Below, one piece after another: positions 16,785 to 26,471 of a stretch of 64,000 nt of DNA. The stretch is from Bdellovibrionales bacterium Ga0074137 (lineage in GTDB: Bacteria > Bdellovibrionota > Bdellovibrionia > Bdellovibrionales > JAMPXM01), in the NCBI GenBank assembly GCA_001464715.1, contig LNDT01000023.1:12385-76384 (forward strand), given 5' to 3'. The translations under genes and the position numbers were made by a program. Numbering within the stretch: the stretch's first letter is position 1; the number at the start of each line of letters is the position of its first letter. The notes beneath the pieces were generated by a model. The model made no database searches. It saw nothing but the letters and a program-made list of their open reading frames with translations, and had not been told where the DNA came from.

Positions 16785-17834
16785 TCAGTTCGAAAGAGTT
16801 TGGGCCATGCGAATCCACTCATCGGGAACGCGTTTATGTTTTCCTATGACGTCTCGAAGGGGCACTCCCGAAATGCGGCCGCGCGCCCACGCCATCATCG
16901 CATCACAATAGCCGCGCCTCAAAGCTTCGACGGCCGCCGTTCCCATACGAGACGCTAAGTTTCGGTCGAACGCCGAAGGAGCTCCGCCGCGAAGGACGTG
17001 ACCGAGAACGCAAACTTTTGCTTCGAAGCCGCTTTTTTTACGAATACTTTCCGCGAGGTCGTAGGCCCGTCCGGGCTTTCGACCTTCGGCCGCAATTAGA
17101 ATCGAACTTTTTTTCCCAACCGCCATACCGCGACGGATGTGATCGATGGCGTCGTCGACGGTCACTGGGTTATCGGCGAAGAAAATTTCTTCAGCACCAC
17201 CGGCGAGTCCTGTTTCCAAAGCTATAAAGCCAGAGTCTCGGCCCATCACTTCGACGATAAAAAGTCGGTCGTGCGAGTCGGCTGTGTCGCGAATTCGGTC
17301 GATCGCTTGAACGGCCGCATTCACGGCTGAATCAAATCCTATTGTCGCTTCTGTTCCATGAATGTCGTTGTCGATCGTGGCCGGGATTCCGATGATTGGG
17401 ATTTTGTGCTCGGTCCAAAGAAGTCTTGCGCCAGTGAAAGACCCGTCGCCGCCAATGCACACCAAGGCGTCTAAGCCCGCGGATTTAATTTGAGCCGCCG
17501 CGCGGGCCCGCACGCTGGCCTCTTTAAATTCCGGAAGGCGCGCAGTTTTTAGAATAGTGCCGCCGCGCTGAAGGATATTTCCCATGCCCCGCGAATCCAT
17601 CGGAAGCCACTCGGCGCCCAATATTCCTTTGTAGCCATGAACGGCGCCCGTGATCTGAAGCCCGTGATGAAGTGCCGACCTGACGACCGCTCGAATGGCC
17701 GCGTTCATTCCAGGAGCGTCGCCGCCACTGGTGTAGACCCCGATGTGCTTGAGCATAGGAGTTTGGCCCGAAGGCATGAAGCGCTCAAGGTTTGCTAGGG
17801 GATCTGTCGCCACGGATTCAGGTTTGACGGTCAT
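16785..17834 (-). CDS. pfkA: ATP-dependent 6-phosphofructokinase
   Basis: Motifs GVYTSGGDAPGMNAAIRAVV, IGGDGSFTGA, GIPATIDNDI and MGRDSGFIAL. Confidence 0.9.
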   Translation of the reverse strand: MTVKPESVATDPLANLERFMPSGQTPMLKHIGVYTSGGDAPGMNAAIRAVVRSALHHGLQITGAVHGYKGILGAEWLPMDSRGMGNILQRGGTILKTARLPEFKEASVRARAAAQIKSAGLDALVCIGGDGSFTGARLLWTEHKIPIIGIPATIDNDIHGTEATIGFDSAVNAAVQAIDRIRDTADSHDRLFIVEVMGRDSGFIALETGLAGGAEEIFFADNPVTVDDAIDHIRRGMAVGKKSSILIAAEGRKPGRAYDLAESIRKKSGFEAKVCVLGHVLRGGAPSAFDRNLASRMGTAAVEALRRGYCDAMMAWARGRISGVPLRDVIGKHKRVPDEWIRMAQTLSN

Positions 17835-17861
17835 AAAGAAAAGTCTAAAGAGATAAAACGA

Positions 17862-17900
17862 AAAAAGCAGCTCGGACTTTTCAGTCGCGAGCTGCTTTTA
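17862..17900 (-). terminator. Rho-independent terminator downstream of hup
   Basis: On the minus strand: aaaagcagctcg-loop-cgagctgctttttt. An 11-12 bp stem followed by a T-tract. An A-tract on the other side makes it potentially bidirectional. Confidence 0.8.
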
Positions 17901-17947
17901 AGACAAATGACCTTCAAATCGCGTCAGCGATAGAACGCCGTCGTCGA

Positions 17948-18220
17948 CTACCGAACGATGTCTTTGAATTCAGAACCTGGACGGAACTTTGGGTAAGACA
18001 TAGCTGGGATTTTGATCGCTTTGCCAGTTTGTGGGTTGCGACCCATGCGAGCTTTGCGTTTTGCTTTTGTGAAAGTTCCGAAGCCAACGAGTTTTACTTC
18101 GTCGCCTTTTTTAACTGTCTTCTTGATGGCCTCAAGAGTTGTGTCGAGCATGCGCTCTGTCTGTGCTTTTGTGAGTTTGCATTCTGTAGCGATGTGCTCG
18201 ATGAGTTCTGCTTTGTTCAT
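17948..18220 (-). CDS. hup: HU-family nucleoid-associated DNA-binding protein
   Basis: 90 aa. MNKAELIEHIA...GFGTFTKAKRKARMGRNPQTGKAIKIPA is the canonical HU/IHF arm motif. Confidence 0.92.
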   Translation of the reverse strand: MNKAELIEHIATECKLTKAQTERMLDTTLEAIKKTVKKGDEVKLVGFGTFTKAKRKARMGRNPQTGKAIKIPAMSYPKFRPGSEFKDIVR

Positions 18221-18380
18221 CTGTTGCTCCTATTCGAGGCCTTGCGGCCTGTTGTTGTTAATCACGTTGCTTATATGTATTAACGGATTTTTTTCCGCGA
18301 ACAGCTGAATTGAACCTCGGGCGTTTTGATGTCGTCAACACGAAAGACGCATCGATAGACGCACCGGCGCATATCGTGCC

Positions 18381-18671
18381 TTAAGATTCGTCATCAGAGC
18401 GATTTTCCGGGCTGCTCTCCGGGCCGTTCTCCGCGCCGGCGAGGCGGGCGATTTCTGCTTCGAGCTTTTCATGCTCTTCGGGTGTCATCTCTTGCGGCTC
18501 GGCGGGAACGGCATAGCGGCCTTCGGCCCAAGCGCCAAGATCGATCAGTCGGCAGCGTTCCGAGCAGAACGGCCGAAACGAATTTCGCGGTGAGTATTCA
18601 GAGCTTTTTCCACATTGTGGGCAGCGCACGATGCGCGCGACGACTTTACTTTTATTTTCATCAGAAGACAT
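18381..18671 (-). CDS. yacG: DNA gyrase inhibitor YacG (zinc finger) with an acidic C-terminal tail
   Basis: CPQCGK...[25 protein letters not shown] is the YacG Cys4 zinc-finger signature. Internal ATG 18671 (MSSDENK...) is preferred over the ORF maximum at 18773. Confidence 0.75.
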   Translation of the reverse strand: MSSDENKSKVVARIVRCPQCGKSSEYSPRNSFRPFCSERCRLIDLGAWAEGRYAVPAEPQEMTPEEHEKLEAEIARLAGAENGPESSPENRSDDES

Positions 18672-18796
18672 GCGGTCAAAATCGACCAACAAGACAAAAC
18701 CGTCAAGGCCTAGTGAGCCTGACGGTTCGTCGATTTTAATAAAGTTCGTGAGCACGCCTGCGAAGGAAAGCATCCGGCCAGGGGCGGATGCTACAC

Positions 18797-19519
18797 TTAC
18801 TGAGCGATCAGAGTTCCACGAGCGAAGACGGCACCGTTGAACTCGAGATCAACATTCATCTGGTACGAATTGCCCGGGAGGCCATTGTTCACGACAAATC
18901 GGAAACCGTAAGGGCCCCGGCCGGTGAATCCGTTACTGTTGTTGGCAGGTGAAAGGTTGGCCGAGAACGAAGGCGCTAGGATTTGTCGACCCGTTGAAAG
19001 ATTCTTATTTCGCCCACCTGGATATCCTGCACCCGCACCGAGTGTGAGATTTGCGAGGGACGGCAAAGTTCCGCCGGTGGCTCCAGAAGTCTGGAGTGCC
19101 AGAAAACCCGCGTGCGAATAGGATCCGCAGTCGGTATTACCCAACACCCAGTATGTTCGGCACAAACCGAAACTCTCGAGGAAAAGTCCAAAGTTGGCTT
19201 CGTTGATGATTTGAAGATCACGAGCCAAGAATGTTCCGCTGGTCGGTGCAGTGACCCCAGGAAGTGGTGGCACGCAGCGATTTTCGCCAGGAAGCCATCC
19301 GTAACCTGGATAAATGCCTTGGCAGCTCGATGTGTAAAGGCATCCGTAAGATGTATTGACCTGACCGGCCGGGCAAATAGCGGCCTGTGGTCCAATCGGA
19401 GCAATCACGCTGGGACCCGGAGTGCCACCGTCGTTCGATCCGCAACCGACGAGCACCATCGATGCAACCATCATCGTCAGTCCGAACACCCAGAATGTAT
19501 GTCGTGCGAGAGCTTTCAT
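18797..19519 (-). CDS. Cys-rich secreted lipoprotein, hypothetical
   Basis: [26 protein letters not shown] carries a signal peptide with a lipobox. Multiple Cys residues in the mature N-terminal region and a Gly/Asn-rich C-terminal half. Confidence 0.6.
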   Translation of the reverse strand: MKALARHTFWVFGLTMMVASMVLVGCGSNDGGTPGPSVIAPIGPQAAICPAGQVNTSYGCLYTSSCQGIYPGYGWLPGENRCVPPLPGVTAPTSGTFLARDLQIINEANFGLFLESFGLCRTYWVLGNTDCGSYSHAGFLALQTSGATGGTLPSLANLTLGAGAGYPGGRNKNLSTGRQILAPSFSANLSPANNSNGFTGRGPYGFRFVVNNGLPGNSYQMNVDLEFNGAVFARGTLIAQ

Positions 19520-19665
19520 AAAACACCTCTTCAACCCCTACGGTATTTCACTGTCTGTGCCAGTGTCAGAACGCGGTACAGTCAGTTTGTACAAATAGGG
19601 GCGACAAGAAATGTCACTTTGAGGTTTATTAGGGAGCACTTTGCGGCTCGATGAGCCCAGAGGCT

Positions 19666-20898
19666 TTAGCGGTTTCCTCGAGCCTTTGGCCGGGATGAAT
19701 CTAAAATCTCAGCGCCAACCGTGTCGGCGTACCACTTTTGAAGCCACTTTACTTCGGCCTCGGACATGTCATTTGAATTGCCTTCGAAGGCGTCTCTGAA
19801 CTCTGTCTGTACCGCGCGCACACTGTCTTCGGTAAACCGAAGCGGAATTTGTGAGTCGCCGGCATATTCGTGGGCAGTTTGATAGATGGAGAACCTCGCC
19901 AAGGTTCGTTCGCGCTTCGTGGGAAGCAGGTCGATCTGGCTCAAGATACGAACTCGTGACTCTAAGGGAAGAGAGACGACCGCGCGAGAAAGTGCATCGC
20001 GCGTTGGAACCATTGCGTGCGCAATATCGTGCTCAAGTCTTTCGCGCGCATTCATCCAGCGACGATCGATAACAGCCGGTGAATTGACCACCTGCACGGC
20101 ACGAAGTCCCAGCAGTGTGCTTTCGGCCAAGCCCTCAACAGTTTGATTTCGGTGTGTGGGAATAAAAATCTCGGTCTCCAGCATCTCGCTTAAAGCTTCG
20201 CGGTCTTTGCCCTCGGCCTCTTCAAACTTCGCGCGATCGAAAATTTGCCGCCGGCCCGGAACGATATCGGGTCGCGATGGTTGTTTGAGCGCCAAAATTT
20301 CGCTGGCCTCGTGAAGCTTAAGAATCGAATCCCGATACGGAAGGCCTTGGCGTTTTAAATTTTCAAGGTCGCGGACGAAGTTCTGAGCCGCTATTCGATT
20401 CTCGGGGGGGCGTTTCACTTTTTTCAGCGACCGAATCATCATATCCACGCCGCCCTTCATTTTAGGCACCGAAAAATTATTTCGGTTCGTAGGATGGAGC
20501 TGGTTCCATGAGGCCCTGCGCTGATTAAAATCTTGGATAAAAGCGAGCGGGTCTTCGATAGAGGGAAGGTCCCGTCGAAGCGCCTCGAACTTAGGCGGAG
20601 GAAGTTGAATCAGGCGCGAGGCCTCAGCCTGATTTCCGATGGTGCTAAAACCCCTGGCACAAAAGTCGTCGGCGCCCGCGGCATCGGCGACACCCGCTCC
20701 CGCGGATCCGGCGCCTTGAAGAAGAATCCAAAGACAAACCCCGGTGCGGAAAGAAACTCGAAAAGAGTTGCGTAAAAAGTGCGAAAAACTGCGCAGACTC
20801 ACGACAGATTCCGATTCTTTGCGCTTCCAGAAGATTTCCGAATCGCCAAACTTTTCGTCAAGCCCGAACCGACGATATCCATAGAAACGTTTCGGCAC
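19666..20898 (-). CDS. Hypothetical (probably exported) protein
   Basis: 410-aa ORF with a hydrophobic segment (GVCLWILLQGAGSAGAG) near the N-terminus. No family recognised. Start uncertain. Confidence 0.45.
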   Translation of the reverse strand: MPKRFYGYRRFGLDEKFGDSEIFWKRKESESVVSLRSFSHFLRNSFRVSFRTGVCLWILLQGAGSAGAGVADAAGADDFCARGFSTIGNQAEASRLIQLPPPKFEALRRDLPSIEDPLAFIQDFNQRRASWNQLHPTNRNNFSVPKMKGGVDMMIRSLKKVKRPPENRIAAQNFVRDLENLKRQGLPYRDSILKLHEASEILALKQPSRPDIVPGRRQIFDRAKFEEAEGKDREALSEMLETEIFIPTHRNQTVEGLAESTLLGLRAVQVVNSPAVIDRRWMNARERLEHDIAHAMVPTRDALSRAVVSLPLESRVRILSQIDLLPTKRERTLARFSIYQTAHEYAGDSQIPLRFTEDSVRAVQTEFRDAFEGNSNDMSEAEVKWLQKWYADTVGAEILDSSRPKARGNR

Positions 20899-21017
20899 GG
20901 GACACTTTTCACCGAAGCTGACGTTTCATAATGAGACAAAGTTGCTGAATTCACCTGGACCTACAGCCGCTTCCAAGACTGGCCGATAGTAGAGGAGTGT
21001 TAAATGGCGGAGGCTTG

Positions 21018-22931
21018 ATGGCATTGTTGGAATTAAAACGGCTCGCGCTGGTTGGCGTCCTATTACTGCTCAGCGTGGCAATCTTGCCTCAGAAGTCGCA
21101 CGCTCAAGCGGCACCTGCGGCCCATGAATTTGTGCCGGGCGAAATTATCGTCAAACTTAAAGGAAGTTCCAAAACACTGAAAGCCCAAGCCTTTATTGGT
21201 AAAGCTGTTTCCGAACAAGCGATGTCCTTAAAAGGATCTTGGTCAGGCCTCAACATGCATCATTTCAAGCTCGCCGATCCAGCGCAGATGGCGGCGAAAA
21301 TCGCGGAACTGCAAGCTGATCCTGACGTTGAGTATGCAGAGCCAAACTATGTAGTTCGACTTTCTCCGATGTCGACATCCAGTGAAAATGTCATTTCTCT
21401 CGCTGAGGCCAGAAGCACAGAGGGAGCAAGTTCCACCTACGGACCGCTGGCTCAAACCAATGCTCCGATTCAATTAGCGAACGCGTGGGATGCTGAAACT
21501 CCTGGAAAAGCTCCGGTCGTGGTTGCAATTATCGATACCGGTGTCGATCTCAGTCATGAAATTTTCCGAGACTCTGGCGCAGTCTGGGTCAACCCTGGCG
21601 AAACTGCCGGTAACGGTATCGATGACGACGGTAACGGTTACGTCGATGACATCAACGGATGGAACTTCGTCGCGAATTCCAATCTTCCTGGTGACGATGA
21701 CAACCACGGAACACATGTCGCAGGGATTGTTCTCGGATCGACGCAAGATATTTTGGCGTATCCGATGTCGGCTTCAAAAATTAAGATCATGTCGCTGAAG
21801 TTTTTAGATTCCAACGGCATCGGTACGACGTCTGACGCGGTTCGCGCGATCTATTATGCGGTCAACAATGGCGCACGAATTTTGAACAACTCCTGGGGTG
21901 GCGGCGGCTATTCTAATTCACTTGTCGATGCGATTGCTTTTGCTTACTCGCGACGCGCGATCTTTATCGCAGCCGCAGGGAATAGTTCTGTGAACAACGA
22001 TGTATCGCCGACGTATCCCGCCAGCTACTCGGTGCCGGGAATTTTGTCGATCGCTGCCACGACGGATGCGGATGGATTTGCTTCCTACTCAAATTACGGA
22101 GTTTCTACTGTTCACCTGGGTTCTCCAGGCAGCAGTATCTGGAGTAGTCTTCCCAACGACACTTACGGCCGCTCGTCGGGAACCTCGATGGCAACACCGT
22201 TCGTTGCAGGTATTGCAGCCATGGTTTTGCGCGAAAATCCTGATCTCTCAGCTTACCAAATCAAAGAACTGATTCTTTCTGGTGCCGAGCCGATTTCGAG
22301 TTTGCAGACGAAAACAATCAGTCGCTCACGACTTAATGCTTACAACTCGGTGGCGGCGGCGAAAGCAGCTGTCGCAAGTGCTTCGCAGCCTGGCTACGTC
22401 GCGAGTGCACGGGCTCCAGCCTCTGAAGAAGCGGGTGCTGCTGGTTGTGGACTGGTGAAAGCGCTTGCCGACGACATTTCAGGTCCCAGTGGGCCGCACC
22501 GAAATGTCGCGTTCTTCGGATTACTGCTTTTGTTCGCAGCTCCGATACTTATTGCTTTGGCACTTCGAAAAAAATCGGGAGCCTCGCGACGACGATTCCC
22601 ACGCTACCAAATTTCTTCGCAAGTTCGAATGTCGGTTGGCGGCCGCGAACTGACCGGCGAAGTGAGCTCGATCTCGATGGGTGGAGTTCAAGTCGCTATG
22701 GGTGGCCCTGCGGATGCGGGAGCCGGCAGTAACCCTGATGCATGGCTAGAGAATGGCGGCGTTGTTTCGATGACAATCAAGAGTCCCGATGGCCGCGAAG
22801 AAATTCGCGTCGCCGGAAAAGTCGTCTGGGCCGAAGAGAAGAAGCGCTACGGAGTCGCCTTCGAAGGTGCTGACTCAAGTGTTCTCAACTCGATCGGACG
22901 CTGGACCGCGAGCCTCCTAAAAGCGTCATAG
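21018..22931 (+). CDS. Subtilisin-like (S8) serine protease fused via a TM helix to a C-terminal PilZ (c-di-GMP-binding) domain
   Basis: ATG 21018 follows GGAGG. Signal peptide ...KSHAQA and an I9-like propeptide (GEIIVKLKG). Catalytic triad contexts VAIIDTGVD, HGTHVAGI and SGTSMATPFVAGIAA. TM helix VAFFGLLLLFAAPILIALAL followed by RKK. PilZ motifs RRRFPR (RxxxR) and SSISMGG (D/N-x-S-x-x-G-like). Confidence 0.8.
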   Translation: MALLELKRLALVGVLLLLSVAILPQKSHAQAAPAAHEFVPGEIIVKLKGSSKTLKAQAFIGKAVSEQAMSLKGSWSGLNMHHFKLADPAQMAAKIAELQADPDVEYAEPNYVVRLSPMSTSSENVISLAEARSTEGASSTYGPLAQTNAPIQLANAWDAETPGKAPVVVAIIDTGVDLSHEIFRDSGAVWVNPGETAGNGIDDDGNGYVDDINGWNFVANSNLPGDDDNHGTHVAGIVLGSTQDILAYPMSASKIKIMSLKFLDSNGIGTTSDAVRAIYYAVNNGARILNNSWGGGGYSNSLVDAIAFAYSRRAIFIAAAGNSSVNNDVSPTYPASYSVPGILSIAATTDADGFASYSNYGVSTVHLGSPGSSIWSSLPNDTYGRSSGTSMATPFVAGIAAMVLRENPDLSAYQIKELILSGAEPISSLQTKTISRSRLNAYNSVAAAKAAVASASQPGYVASARAPASEEAGAAGCGLVKALADDISGPSGPHRNVAFFGLLLLFAAPILIALALRKKSGASRRRFPRYQISSQVRMSVGGRELTGEVSSISMGGVQVAMGGPADAGAGSNPDAWLENGGVVSMTIKSPDGREEIRVAGKVVWAEEKKRYGVAFEGADSSVLNSIGRWTASLLKAS

Positions 22932-22944
22932 ATTAGAGGTACCC

Positions 22945-25056
22945 TTAAAGCGTGGCCTCTTTTTTTAGGGCGTAGTCCTCGCGGATCCAGTTGCGGATGC
23001 GCTTATGAAGTTCGTCCGAGCATCCGAAAAAAACGAACTGACACTTGAAGGTCGGATTTTGACCTCCGCTCGAGATGGAGGCTGTACACCTTGCCAGCAC
23101 TCCGTCGCCGGCATCTCCAAACAAGTTGGAAAAAAATCGGACGAAGACTTTAGGTCTTAGCGGCGTCGCATGCCTCACAGTCACGCCGAATTCCGAAATT
23201 TCTTCGAGAACAATCGTTTTGCAAACCGCCGCGTTGAGCTCGCAAGGCACAAAGGGTGAGGTCTCCGGCATAACGGACCTTGAGAGCTGAGGTGCGGCCA
23301 CAGCGAGCTTGTCAGTGATCTGCTTTCTGTCGACGGGCTTAAAAATAAAATCCGCAAAACCCGGTCGAGCGTAGATTCCGGGCTGAACACGAGACTCTTC
23401 GTCGGCCAAAATAATAATTTTTGGAAGTGGATCGTCCTCGGTGATGACCTTGGCTCGAACCAAAGCCCCTTGAAGGCCTTCGAGCCAAGCCGAAGCATCT
23501 GTTCGAATCAATCCACCATCGATGACAATAGCGTCAAAGCGGTACTGGTCGGGCGTTGCGCCTTTTGCAATTTGCCGGTTGAGCTCAAGCCACGCACTTC
23601 GTTCGACCTGTTTGATTTCAAGCTGCAGGGTTGTCGGTTCCTCCGAGCTTACAGCCGGATGCAATCGACCTTTGACCTCCGTGTAGAGAAAGGAGCCTGT
23701 TCCATCGACGAACCGAAGACCTGTGACACCTTGGCCGCCGGTCGCGGTGTAGTTCAAAAATTCATTGAAGTCCTCATGGTCATCCTTTGGGATTGTGGAC
23801 ATCCAGTCCGAGGCCCGCGCCAACCAATCTTTGCTGGAGAGCCCTAGAAAAGTTTCCTCACCGCGAAGTGCGGGATCAAAAGATAACAGTCCATGGCCGT
23901 CTTCATTGATGACCATCGTGATTCGGCCCCCTGGGATTCCAGCGACAAGTGCTTCCGGGGTTTCATCATCTTCGTCTCCGGTTCCCTCGGCCTGCGCCTC
24001 TGGCGAATCGGTGAGACCTGCGAGTTTTGCGAGGCCACCCAAAAATCGCGTGTACGAGGGAAAAGTCGTGACGGCCGTGCGGTCGAAGTTCTCTTCGATC
24101 GTGGTCTGAGATTGCGCTAGTACGTCTCGGTTCAAGTCGATAATCGCGATTCGGTACCGCGGCGGAAGTTTTATTTTGTTGGGACTTGCCACAACCACGC
24201 GGCTCGTGGCGGTACCGGTGCGAAGACGTCCCGGCATTTGACGACCTCGAACAAAGCGCCGAAGCTCGTTCAATTGGGACGTTGTAATTCCGAAAAGTGA
24301 GAATCTTACGAGCCACAATCCCTCGTATTGAGGGTGGCGAACTGAAGCGTAACATCGGCCCAATATTCTGCGGGTCGCAGCGCTGTCGCCAAAGACCCGC
24401 GAGTGGATTTGCGCAAAAACGCCCTCGGCAATCGGCGTGGGGTTTCGAATCGATACGGCGAAGTCAGACACTTCGTCGATGACGGCATCTTTTCCAATCT
24501 CAATTTCGAATTCAGCCTGCGCGCGAAAAATAAAAGACGGCGAGATGTCCGGTTTGTCGGCCAAAAGAAGTTCAACTTTTTGCATGAAGAACTGTTGATC
24601 GAGCGGTTTAATCACCATGTCGTCAACGGCCTCGTGCCGAAATCGATCGGGCCTTACGTGAGGATCGTCGTAGCCCATCAAAAGCGTTTTGAACTGAGTT
24701 CCGTCGCCGAGGTGTCCCAGATTTTTTAGGCGCTCACGTTCCGCCACAAGCCAGTCGAGGGGTTTTAACGAAATTGCGTCGAGATCGACAATAAGCAGTC
24801 GAATCGGACTGAGCTCGGCCTCGAGTTCGAGCTGCTTTCGTCGTTCTTCTGGATCCGTGGGGTCCACATCGGCCGGAGCGTCCAAACCAGCGTCGACAAG
24901 AACATCACCTGACTTCATCGGTTCTGCGTACTTGGTTTCGAACTTTTCTAATTTTGAATATGTTTCGAGATAGGGTGCATCTTCGAACAAACGAAGCCAA
25001 CTCCAGATTTGCTGGGCGGCGCGAGCATCGTTCGTGATGAGTACACATTTCTTCAT
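22945..25056 (-). CDS. Multidomain signalling protein with receiver-like (REC) and PilZ-like modules, hypothetical
   Basis: Three CheY-like segments: KCVLITND...IRLLIVDLD...DDMVIKPLD; YRIAIIDLN; and FDAIVIDGG...IIILADEE...DFIFKPVDRKQI. These are interleaved with beta-rich segments carrying degenerate PilZ-type motifs (IDEVSDFAVSI, LEEISEFGVTV). Domain calls are by eye only. Confidence 0.5.
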   Translation of the reverse strand: MKKCVLITNDARAAQQIWSWLRLFEDAPYLETYSKLEKFETKYAEPMKSGDVLVDAGLDAPADVDPTDPEERRKQLELEAELSPIRLLIVDLDAISLKPLDWLVAERERLKNLGHLGDGTQFKTLLMGYDDPHVRPDRFRHEAVDDMVIKPLDQQFFMQKVELLLADKPDISPSFIFRAQAEFEIEIGKDAVIDEVSDFAVSIRNPTPIAEGVFAQIHSRVFGDSAATRRILGRCYASVRHPQYEGLWLVRFSLFGITTSQLNELRRFVRGRQMPGRLRTGTATSRVVVASPNKIKLPPRYRIAIIDLNRDVLAQSQTTIEENFDRTAVTTFPSYTRFLGGLAKLAGLTDSPEAQAEGTGDEDDETPEALVAGIPGGRITMVINEDGHGLLSFDPALRGEETFLGLSSKDWLARASDWMSTIPKDDHEDFNEFLNYTATGGQGVTGLRFVDGTGSFLYTEVKGRLHPAVSSEEPTTLQLEIKQVERSAWLELNRQIAKGATPDQYRFDAIVIDGGLIRTDASAWLEGLQGALVRAKVITEDDPLPKIIILADEESRVQPGIYARPGFADFIFKPVDRKQITDKLAVAAPQLSRSVMPETSPFVPCELNAAVCKTIVLEEISEFGVTVRHATPLRPKVFVRFFSNLFGDAGDGVLARCTASISSGGQNPTFKCQFVFFGCSDELHKRIRNWIREDYALKKEATL

Positions 25057-25381
25057 CTTCTATTAATTCTAAGTAAGACTAAGGGCTACGCACAGAAGAA
25101 CTTTGGTTTAGAAGTCCGGAATTGGACCTGAGGTTCAGCGCTTAAACAGAAGGCTGACAATTTGAGCAGCCCCAGGGAGGCGCGTTGCGCCAAACGGGAG
25201 GGCTTGCCCCTTGGATCTGTTTTCCCGGCCTTTTGTCACCAGCAGTTTGTGAACTCACCTTGGCTTCACTTTTTTCAAATTGTTTTGCCCAAGAGGCCTC
25301 TTGGGGCTGTTCAAGGCTTGATTCATCCACCTGCTATGAACTATTGGTGGAGAGGACAATTCAACGGATAGAAGGTGAAAA

Positions 25382-25834
25382 TTGATTTTAAGATTTGCAA
25401 AAGAGCAAACACAGGCCGCTCGCGACGAAAAGTTCCGCGAGTTTTGCGATATCACTAGCCAAGCTTTGAATGTCTCGATCGAGAATGCGAAGACTAAGGA
25501 TGTAGCGGGACCAGGTGACTTTCTTTTGGTTGGAACACACACCGATCCAACTCTTGAACTCGATTTGGACACAGAAGAGCCCATTCGTCTCGACGGATTT
25601 GAATGTATTTATGTCCCGCGCGCGGAGGCGGATGCTCGAGAGCTTCGCTCGTCCGAGGAGTTCAAAAAGCGATTTGGACTCAGCGCGATCGACAAGAATT
25701 ACGCGGGTCTTCGCGTGAACGAATTTTTGATGTCACAAGTGATCGACGGCGCTCCCATGGGACAAGCCACTGATCTGAAAAACGCGAAGTTTCAGGATCG
25801 CTACCACTTCGTAGTAAAAATCATCGGGAACTAG
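25382..25834 (+). CDS. Hypothetical protein
   Basis: 150-aa ORF with a TTG start, followed by a clear terminator. No family recognised. Confidence 0.45.
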   Translation: MILRFAKEQTQAARDEKFREFCDITSQALNVSIENAKTKDVAGPGDFLLVGTHTDPTLELDLDTEEPIRLDGFECIYVPRAEADARELRSSEEFKKRFGLSAIDKNYAGLRVNEFLMSQVIDGAPMGQATDLKNAKFQDRYHFVVKIIGN

Positions 25835-25841
25835 ATATACC

Positions 25842-25868
25842 GCATCCGCCCAGGCGGATGCTTTCGTT
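25842..25868 (+). terminator. Rho-independent terminator
   Basis: gcatccgc-ccag-gcggatgc followed by tttcgtt, immediately after the stop at 25834. Confidence 0.7.
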
Positions 25869-25909
25869 CGCAGGCTTGCTCACGAATTTTCTTATGCCGC
25901 ATCCGTCTG

Positions 25910-26440
25910 CTAGTTGAGGGATTCGACGCGGGCTATGTAGGGGAGGTTTCGGTAGAAACCTTGGTAATCGAGTCCGTAGCCGATGACGAAGTCGTTAGGG
26001 ATTTTGAAGCCGACGTAATCGGGTTTAAAGTCGACTTTGAGCGCGTCGGGCTTAAAGAGAAGTGAGCACGAAAGAAGTTTTTTAGGTTTTCGTGCGGCCA
26101 AAGTTTTCGCCAAAAACTCCATCGTGAGTCCCGAGTCGATAATATCCTCGATCAGCAAAACTGTTTTACCTTCAATCGATGTTGTTAAATCCAAAGTGAG
26201 CTTCACTTCACCGCTCGATTTCGTCGAGTTTCCATAGCTGGCGACGCCCAAAAACTCAGAGCTGATGTCAGCGTCAATGTGTCGTATGAGATCCGAGTAA
26301 AACACGAACGAACCTTTGAGAACGCAGACGGCGACCACCGGTTCTTTGCGGCACAGCTCGGTAATTTCAACGCCGAGTTCTTTCACTCGTTTTGCTATTT
26401 CGGTTTCTGAAATCATACGGGAAAACTTGAGTGGAGCCAT
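25910..26440 (-). CDS. hpt: Hypoxanthine(-guanine) phosphoribosyltransferase
   Basis: 176 aa. PRPP-binding loop KTVLLIEDIIDSGLTM, plus DFVIGYGLDY and YRNLPYI near the C-terminus. Confidence 0.9.
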   Translation of the reverse strand: MAPLKFSRMISETEIAKRVKELGVEITELCRKEPVVAVCVLKGSFVFYSDLIRHIDADISSEFLGVASYGNSTKSSGEVKLTLDLTTSIEGKTVLLIEDIIDSGLTMEFLAKTLAARKPKKLLSCSLLFKPDALKVDFKPDYVGFKIPNDFVIGYGLDYQGFYRNLPYIARVESLN

Positions 26441-26471
26441 CAGCCCATTCCTTTCGCAAAATGCGCAAGGC

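Noticed and set aside
16687-16818. Upstream ATG start for the LivJ-like gene
   Set aside because: It would overlap the pfkA 3' end by 34 nt and place 44 non-signal residues before the signal peptide. GTG 16686, which has a GGAGG RBS, is preferred.
18672-18773. Longer YacG start at 18773, adding a 34-aa N-terminal extension
   Set aside because: The extension has no similarity to the compact YacG zinc-finger protein. The internal ATG gives a size closer to the family norm. Still uncertain.
25288-25305. Perfect 18-bp palindrome cccaagaggcctcttggg in the 325-bp divergent intergenic region
   Set aside because: It is real in the sequence but isolated. There is no T-tract to make it a terminator, no second copy in the window and no adjacent regulator to tie it to. 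It is recorded but cannot be interpreted.
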